Shown here one piece after another: positions 55,231 through 64,000 of a stretch of 64,000 bases of DNA. This DNA comes from Antedon mediterranea (Eukaryota; Animalia; Echinodermata), in assembly GCF_964355755.1 (NCBI RefSeq), contig NC_092677.1, forward strand, positions 22,121,175 through 22,185,174, written 5' to 3'. The notes below the pieces were generated by a model, which had not been told where the DNA came from, did not search any database, and was given only the letters and a program-made list of their open reading frames with translations. Numbering within the stretch: the stretch's first letter is position 1; every line of letters starts with the position of its first letter. The translations under genes were made by a program, and so were the position numbers.

Positions 55231-58217
55231 CATAATAATTTTTTAATTTTATAGAATGGAAATTTTGACCATTTTTAGAAAAAAAATCCTATGGTCCCCC
55301 GCAGCGAAATTTTCAAAAAATCGCCAAATTTCGACCCTTTTATTTTTTGACATAACTAGATACGATGGCTCTATAAGATGATGCTAACCCAATATATTTG
55401 CATAAATGCCAATATTATAGCATAAATATTGAATTTTAAAAAGTGGAAATTTTGACAATTTTTCGAAAAAATTCCTTCCGTAGGAAAATTTTCGCAAAAA
55501 TGGCCAAATTTCAAACCTTTTATTTTTTGACATAACTAGTTACTATGGCTCTATAAAATAATGTTAGCACAATATATTTGCAAAAATGGCAATATTATAG
55601 CATAATTTTTGAATTTTAAAAAGTGGAAATTGTTTCCATTTTTCAATAAAATTCCACTGGTCCCCCGCAGAAAAAATTTTCGAAAATTGCCGAATTTCGA
55701 CACTTTTATTTTTTGATGTAACTAGTTACTATGGCTCTAAAAGATGATGTTAACACAATATATGTGCATAAATGGCAATATTATAGCATAATTATTGAAT
55801 TTTAAAAAGTGGAAAATTTTTCTATTTTTCAACCCTTTTGTTTTTTTACATAACTACAATATTATAGCATAATTTTTGAATTTCAAAAAGTGGAAATTTT
55901 GGCAATTTTTCGAAAAAATTTCTATGGTTCCCCCACAGCTAAATTTTCGAAAAATTGCCAAATTTCGACCCTTTTATTTTTTGACAAAACTAGTTACTAT
56001 GGCTCTATAAGATGATGTTAGCACAATAAATGGCAATATTATATAGGATATTTTTTAAATTTTAAACAATGGAAATTTTGACCATTTTTCGAAAAAAAAA
56101 TCCTATGGTCCCCTGCAGCGAAATTTTCCAAAAATTGCTAAATTTCGACCCTTTCATTTGTTGACATAACTAGTTACGATGGCTCTATAAGATGATGCTA
56201 ACACAATATATTTGCATAAATGCCAATATAATAGCATAATTATTGAATTTTAAAAAGAGGAAATTTTGGACATTTTTTGAAAAAATTCCTATGGTCCCCC
56301 GCAGGGAAATTTTCGCAAAAATGGCAAAATTTCAAACCTTTTATTTTTTGACATAACTAGTTACAATGGCTCTATAAGATGATGCTAGCCCAATATATTT
56401 GTATAAATGCCAATATTATAGCATAATTATTGAATTTTAAAAAGTGGAAATTTTGTCAATTTTTCGAAAAAAATTCCTATGGTCTCCCGCAGGGAAATTT
56501 TCGCAAAAATGGCAAAATGTCAACACTTTTATTTTTTGACATAACTAGTTACTCTGGCTCTATAAGATGATGTTAGCACAATATATTTGCATAAATGCCA
56601 ATAAAATAGCATAATTATTGAATTTTAAACAATGGAAATTTTGGCCATTTTTCGAAAAAAAAAATCCTATGGTCCCCCGCAGCGAAATTTTCCAAAAATT
56701 GCTAAATTTCGACCCTTTTATTTGTTGACATAACTAGTTACGATGGCTCTATAAGATGATGCTAACACAATATATTTGCATAAATGCCAATACAATAGCA
56801 TAATTATTGAATTTTAAAAAGAGGAAATTTTGGACATTTTTCGAAAAAATTCCTATGGTCCCCAGCAGCGAAATTTTCGCAAAATGGCAAAATTTCAAAC
56901 CTTTTATTTTTTGACATAACTAGTTACAATGGGTCTATAAGATGATGCTAACCCAATATATTTGTATAAATGTCAATATTATAGCATAATTATTGAATTT
57001 TAAAAAGTGGAGATTTTGACCATTTTTTGAAAAAATTTCTATGGTCCCCCGCAGGGAAATTTTTGGAAAAATGGCCAAATTTCAAACCTTTTATTTTTTG
57101 ATATAACTAGTTTCTATGGCTCTATAAAATAATGTTAGCACAATATATTTGCAAAAATGGCAATATTATAGCATAATTTTTGAATTTTAAAAAGTGGAAA
57201 TTGTTTCCATTTTTCAATAAAATTCCGATGGTCCTCCGCAGAAAATTTTTTCGAAAATTGCCGAATTTCGACACATAATTTTTTGATGTAACTAGTTACT
57301 ATAGCTCTATAAGATGATGTTAACACAATATATGTGCATAAATGTTGAATTTTAAAAAGTGGAAAATTTTTACATTTTTCGACCCTTTTGTTTTTTGACA
57401 TAACTAGTTGCTATGGCTCTATAAGATGATGTTAGCACAATATATGTGCATAAATGGCAATATTATAACATAATTTTGGAATTTTAGAAAGTGGAAATTT
57501 TGACCATTTTTTGAAAAAAATTCCTATTGTCCCCCGCCGGAAAATTTTCGAAAATTGGCCAAATTTCGACCCTTTTATTTTTTTATATAACTAGTTACTA
57601 TGGCTCTGTAAGATGATGTTAGCACAATATATTTGCATAAATGGCATTATTATAGCATAATTTTCGAATTTTAGAAATTGGAAATTTTCTCCATTTTTCG
57701 AAAAAATTCCTAGGGTCCCCGCAGGAAAATTTTCGAAAAAATGCCAAAGTTCAAGCCTTTTATTTTATATAATTTCTTACTATGGCTCTATAAGATGATG
57801 TTAGCAAAATATATCTGCATAAATAGAAATATTATAGCATAATTATTTAATTTTTAAAGTGGCAAATGTTGCCATTTTTCGACCCTTTTATTTTTTTGAC
57901 ATTACTAGTTACGATGGCTCTATAAGATGATGTTAACACAATATATGTGCATAAATGGCAATATTATAGCCTAATTATTGAATTTTAAAAGGTGGAAATT
58001 TTGACCATTTTTCGAAAAAAAATTCCTATGGTCCCCCGCAGGGAAATTTTTCGAAAAATGGCCAAATTTCGACCCTTTTATTTTTTGACATAACTAGTTA
58101 CTATGGCTCTATAAGATGATGTTAAGCATAATTTTTTATTTTTAAAGAATGGAAATTTTGACCATTTTTTGAAAAAAAAGTCCTATGGTCCCCGTAGGAA
58201 AATTTTCGAACAATTGC
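55231..58217. repeat. SatA array (~16 monomers)
   Basis: Same monomer and junctions as the other SatA arrays. Confidence 0.96.
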
Positions 58218-58520
58218 CAACAGCGGGTGTTTCAGAAGCTCAGAATATAACGTGCAACGCTAGTGTTTTAAAATAACAGAAAAACACAGAAAAACTCACG
58301 AAACAGTCAAACACCAGTCAAATTAACTACAGCACAGTCTTAAACAGATCATAAACATCAAAGTTTGTAGTTAGACCAGATTCAGCTCAGTCGAAAACAA
58401 GGAAAAATAGTGAAGTACAGAGCTCGAACAAAACACGTCCGTTGTCGACCACAGTTCGTTTTACATATATTACCTATATTTAGTCATCTGATAACATTTT
58501 TGACCACGCCGTTTATTTTT
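58218..58520. other. Unique linker, copy D, truncated by deletion
   Basis: Matches 12523-12826, then fuses directly to hAT sequence. Confidence 0.9.
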
Positions 58521-58810
58521 TAAAGGAGTTGCTGCGACTTATGGCAGAAAGTGATGAGTCGCTTAATGACCATTTAAGTAGTTGCGCTCGAAACGCCAGC
58601 TATATTTCTAAGACCACAAAAACTCAATTGCTCAAGTGTATGTCAGAGGACATTCAGCAACAACTTGTAAACAGAATAAAGGATGGTGGTGGTATATACG
58701 GATTGTCTGCAGATGAAGCCACAGACGTCAGTGTATGGAAACAACTAGAGGAATTACAAATCACAAAAGAAAACATATTCAAAAATAAGAAAGAAACACA
58801 AGACGCTTAA
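58521..58810 (+). pseudogene. hAT transposase fragment, copy D (5' part deleted)
   Basis: KELLRLMAESD...ADEATDVSVWKQL. Confidence 0.86.
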
Positions 58811-59018
58811 ATTTGTCCTTACGTACCTCAGCACATTTCTCCAATATCTCCATTTTTCCACTACATTCTTTTACAAACATTTTTTTGGCATGCTGGCCAA
58901 AATGCACCAGAGCCGATTGTTCACCTTCCATCATGGTTGTTTGTCAATGTGGTGAGTAAAAATATTTTCCCATGTGTGTCACGCGTTGAGCATCAACATG
59001 TTTTGCTTGGCGGCAATG

Positions 59019-59901
59019 TTTAATTTATTTATTTCACTTTACAAATATATAAATATAAAGTGGAGGAGCCTAAAAGAAAGCAAAGCTTGTGGTGAATAGG
59101 CTCCTCAAAACAAATAATAAAATATAAATAATATAACACCATTAGAAACTCCCAAAAAAACAACAATTTAACTAATATCTTTTCTCTAACACATAAGTTT
59201 AACATGTTTAAAACTAAAAAACAAGTAAAAAATAGATTATATAAATTATTTAAGAAATATCCAAATATATGTAAATAATAAAAGAACTTACAAAGAACCT
59301 TCAACCAATAATAGTTTAAATTGACGTTTAAATAAGGCACAGTTATGAGATTTTTTAAGTGATAAAGGAAAGAATTCCAGAGTTTAGGTCCAGTGTATAC
59401 AAGGGTGTTCATTTTAAGACTAGATCGAGTAAGTGGCAGGTGATCTTTTTGTCTTGTTTGTTGGTGAGTGTGATATTGTTTATTTTGAGTGAATTTACTG
59501 GATATTATGGGTGGTAAATGTCCAGCGGTTAATTGAAACATGATGACACCTACATTAAATGTATAGAGGTCCTCAATTTTTAATATTTTTTTTTTTGAAA
59601 GATATCTTGGGTGTGAGCACCCTGAGATAATTCTGACAGCTCGTTTCTGGATTAATCAAATTTTAGTAATAATTGATTTTGAAGCATTTCCCCAAGCAAG
59701 AACACCATAATTTAAGTACGATAATATAAGAGTAGAATATAAAATATTTAATACCTTTTGAGGAAATATTGATTTTAATTTATACATCATGCCAACATGT
59801 TTTGATAATAATTTGCAAAGGTAATTAACATGGGCTTTCCAGTCAAGTCTGTCGTCAATAAATATACCAAGAAATTTTGTGTTGATTATTTGATTAATAG
59901 G
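59019..59901 (-). mobile_element. CR1/L2-group LINE 3' fragment, copy D
   Basis: As copy B, with an extra frameshift after GPKLWNS. Confidence 0.88.
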
Positions 59902-59902
59902 A

Positions 59903-61401
59903 ACGTACAGAAATCTACTCAGAATTTACGTACCGACATTGACCCCGTTTTTAAGTGCAGACAACGACTCCGTTTTTACGTACAGACATCGACCTAGTTT
60001 TTACGTACATACATCGACACCGATTTTACGTACAGACATCGACCTCGTTTTTACGTACAGACATCGACCTAGTTTTTACGTACCAACATCGACCTCGATT
60101 TAACGTACAGACAGCGACCCCGATTTCACGTACAGACATCTACCTAGTTTTGACGTACAGACATCGACACCGATTTTACGCAAAGACAACGACCATGATT
60201 TCACGTACAGACATCGACCCCGATTTTACGTACAAACATCGACCATGATTTTACGTACAGTCATCGACCCTGATTTTACATACAGACATCGACCTAGTTT
60301 TGACGTACAGACATCGACCCCGTTTTTACATACATATATCGACTCTGTTTTTACGTACAGACATCGACCTAGTTTTTACGTACCGACATCGACCTCGACT
60401 TTACGTACAGCCATCAACCCCGTTTTGACGTACAGATATCGACCCCGATTTTACGTACATACATCGACCCGATTTTACGTACAGTCATCGACCCAGTTTT
60501 TACGTACAAACATCAACCTCGATTTTACGTACAGACATCGACCTAGTTTTTACGTACCGACATCGACCTCGTTTTGACGTACATACATCGACCCAGTTTT
60601 TACGTACAGGCATCGACCCCGATTTTACGTACAGACAGCCACACCGATTTTACGTACATACATCGACCCCGATTTTACGTACATACATCGACCCCGATTT
60701 TACGTACAGTCATCGACCAAGTTTTTACGTACAGAAATCGACCCCGATTTTACGTACAGACATCGACCCCGATTTTACGTACAGACATCGACCTAGTTTT
60801 GACGTAAAGACATCCACCCTGATTTTACATACAGACATCGACCTAGTTTTGACGTACAGAAATCGACCCCATTTTGAGGTACAGACATCGACCACGTTTT
60901 TACGTACAGACATCGAACCCGATTTACCGTACAGGCATCGACTTCGATTTAACGTACAGACATCGACCCCGATTTTATGTACATACATCGACCCCGATTT
61001 TACGTACAGACATCGACCCCGATTTTACGTACAGACATCGACCCCGTTTTTACGTACAGACATCGACCTAGTTTTTACGTACAGACATCGACCTAGTTTT
61101 TACGTACAGACATCGACCCTGATTTTACAAACAGACATCGACCTAGTTTTGACGTACATATATCGATTCCGTTTTTACGTACAGACATCGACCTAGTTTT
61201 TACGTACCGACATCAACCTCGATTTTACGTACAGACATAGACCCCGATTATACGTACATACATCGACCCCGATTTTACGTACAGCCATCAACCCCGTTTT
61301 TACGTACAGACATCGACCTAGTTTTTACGTACAGACATCGACCCTGATTTTACATACAGACATCGACCCCGTTTTTACGTACCGACATCGACCTCGATTT
61401 T
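59903..61401 (+). repeat. SatB array, contracted (1.5 kb)
   Basis: Same first and last monomers as 34955-40988. Confidence 0.97.
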
Positions 61402-64000
61402 TTTATTTTTTTTTTGTCTTGTGTGAGTTCATCTCACGTTTATATAAATTCTCATTGGTGAATATATTATATACATATAAGTATATTTGTGACAATTAAA
61501 AGTAAGTGTTTAAAGTAGTTAAAATACAGGTATATTTACATAATAAGATGCTTGAATTCAGTATTAACAATATTTGTTTTCATTAAAATTTTAGATATGA
61601 TGTTAATTAAAATGTAAAAATGAAAAATGGCGGTAAAATACATGATTAAAATTTTCTTATTTGTGCTCTTATTTGTGTTCGAGTAGAGAGGCTATAAACT
61701 CAGGGGAGGAAAATGTAGTATCCTCCCTTTTCACCAAGATAAAAAGGATGAAATGAAAAAAGAGGAATGCAAAGGTTTGAAAGTTAGATATTTAGAATGA
61801 TAGCATGCAATAATATATTTAATGAAAACCGTAAGGTTAGAGTCCATACACTGTGCGAGACACTTCATACCCGATGTCACCTTGATACAACTCACTACTT
61901 TGAGTGAGTGGCCGAGCGGTTAAGATGAGTGAGTGGCCGAGCGGTTAAGACAGTGGAACCGTAATTACCTAGCCATAACAACGGCAGGGGTTCGAGGCTC
62001 ACTCACTCCATGGTTCTGGTGGTAGAACGAGTCTTCTCGGATAAGGACTATAAACCGTAGGTCCAGTGTACACATCTGGCTCGTGTGCACTTTAAAGAAC
62101 CTAGTACATCTTTCGAGATGAGTAGGGGGTTACCCCGGTGTATTAGTACATCACAGCCACTGATCACCAACTGGGCCCTCTGTGAGACCAGTCATTGACT
62201 GAAGAGGTTACCCAGTATAAATATATATTTCAATCAATCAATCAATACTTACAATTTGTATTTACGATATAAAATATTGCAAATATAGAAAAATATATAT
62301 ATATTGGACAAATACAAATACATGCAGATAACATTGACATGTTTACAATATGAATATTGCAAATATAGAAAAATATATATATATTATTAAAAAATAAATA
62401 CCAATAATTACAGATTTCATATAAGTTATTAAAATTGTCTAAAAACATAATCAAGGGTTACATTTAAAATCACTTGAAATAAAAAAGGGCTACACATTTA
62501 TATTAAAACTTATACAGCATATGTCACACTAATATAAAATACAATTGTAAAACGTAGGGATAGAGATCTCCAGCACATATATATTTTAATTATTCAATAG
62601 GTTAAATATCTTGTCTTTACTCTTTTTCCATTTCTGATCAGCAGTATACAAGTTATACGAATACTCATTATTTATGAGGTTTATAATTTCATTTTTAAAT
62701 AGCCCCCAAATATTTGCAGATTCTTTTTTTTCTGTCGTTTCTAGTTCTTTATATATTATGGAGGATTTATATATACAAAAAGTAAAAACTGAAATTAATT
62801 CGTTTACAAGTTTGTTTGTTGTTCCCAAAATTACATTAACCCACTTTGGGAAGTCTTGCTGTACTGTAAACTCATTTGGAAGACACTGAACCAGCATATC
62901 TTTAAACTTTTTCCAGACTGGTTGAATAGTTTTACATGCAATTAATGAGTGTTTTTCATTTTCTATATGATTCTTACACTTATTACATTTGTCTGTTGTG
63001 GATAATTCTCATCTTTTTAGTCTTTTTTTACATATAAGGATTCGATGTAACAACTTAAAATTAAATTGTGCTACTTTTACCATGTGTTTCATTCTACATA
63101 CTTTTCTATTCCATATTTCATTCCAGTCAATAATTTCATCTCTAAATTCTATTTCCCATTTCATTTGAGGATTTGGAATAATACATATACCATTTATAAA
63201 CTGCTTATAATCGTAAGACGATCTTATCCTATTATGAAATATATTATGTTCTCTAAATTGTATATCTATGCGTGCATTTTCCAACCTTATTTGTTCTTTC
63301 CATATATCAGGTATTGCATTTATTGTTGCAAAGTATTCAATTAATCCATTCTGTTTATTCGACAGAGTTGGAATAATTTCTGCTGCAGTCAATAACCTGT
63401 TATTTACGACTATATCATTTACTCTTTTGTATCCAGAGTTTAACCAGGTGTTGAAATATAGAGATTTTCCCTCAATTGATGTTATAAATATGTTTTCCCA
63501 TAAGTGTTGTGACTTAATTTATTGTAAATGTTGCGGCTCTAAACAATATACAATATTGTTTAATTCAACAGCTGATTTCAACATATTCATATAAAATACT
63601 GGCATATTTTTTAATTTAGTATGCGCTTCAGTATTTAATTTACTACAATTCGCAGTATATCAACTGGATGCATATAGTAGTTTGGAATACATTTCCAAAT
63701 ACCTGGGTTAGGATTTAACAGTCTATTAACCCAACTCAACTTCAGAGAGTCCACTAAGATATTAAAATTCACCATATTTATACCACCTTTATCTACTGTG
63801 TTTATAAGAGTTTTTTTTTAAATTTTTTCCCTTTTTCCTCCCCACAAAATCTATATAACAATGTATCAACTTTTGGAAAGATATAAAATGGTACATCTAT
63901 TATACAAGCATTGTATATTAATTTCGAAATGGCAAGAGATTTTATTACTGTTGCCTTGCCAAAAAACATAAGGTTTCGTTTTTCCCATAGTTTTAGTGTA
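61402..64000 (-). mobile_element. Tx1/L1 LINE, copy D (runs off the window)
   Basis: Colinear with 16993-19600; ORF remnants 62586-62897 and 63009-63392. Confidence 0.92.
61901..62245 (+). mobile_element. Deu/Nin-type tRNA SINE, copy D
   Basis: Same sequence and flanks as 17510-17854. Confidence 0.88.

Noticed and set aside
661-58217. Macro-unit as an autonomous giant transposon (Helitron, Polinton, Teratorn)
   Set aside because: No Rep/helicase, polB or integrase sequence, and no termini or TSDs delimiting the units.
1311-61401. Over 100 ORFs with TYRHRPRFYVQTSTPILRTDIDPDF repeats (up to 258 aa)
   Set aside because: The 25-nt consensus has no stop in any + frame, so three monomers give a 25-aa repeat automatically. 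Frames and lengths are not conserved between units.

Overview
This is eukaryotic (animal, probably marine invertebrate; inferred from the repeat families) repeat DNA with no intact gene. The whole window is a head-to-tail array of one composite macro-repeat, recurring at 661, 12523, 32768 and 58218 (periods 11.9, 20.2 and 25.5 kb). Module order is: ~530-bp unique linker; inverted 22-25-bp minisatellite; hAT (DUF4371/ZMYM1/PRKRIR-like) transposase fragment; ~260 bp unknown; 3' fragment of a CR1/L2-group LINE; 25-bp satellite (SatB); 5'-truncated L1/Tx1 LINE carrying a tRNA-derived Deu/Nin-domain SINE; long SatB; 77/88-bp satellite (SatC); 187-188-bp satellite (SatA). Junctions between modules are identical between copies, while array lengths and internal deletions differ. 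The Tx1 element sits in SatB at a TTTT/A site with a 14-bp TSD, and a paralogous empty site is present in the same window. Nearly all predicted ORFs are artefacts of the stop-free 25-bp monomer. I see no intact enzyme system; the novelty is structural.
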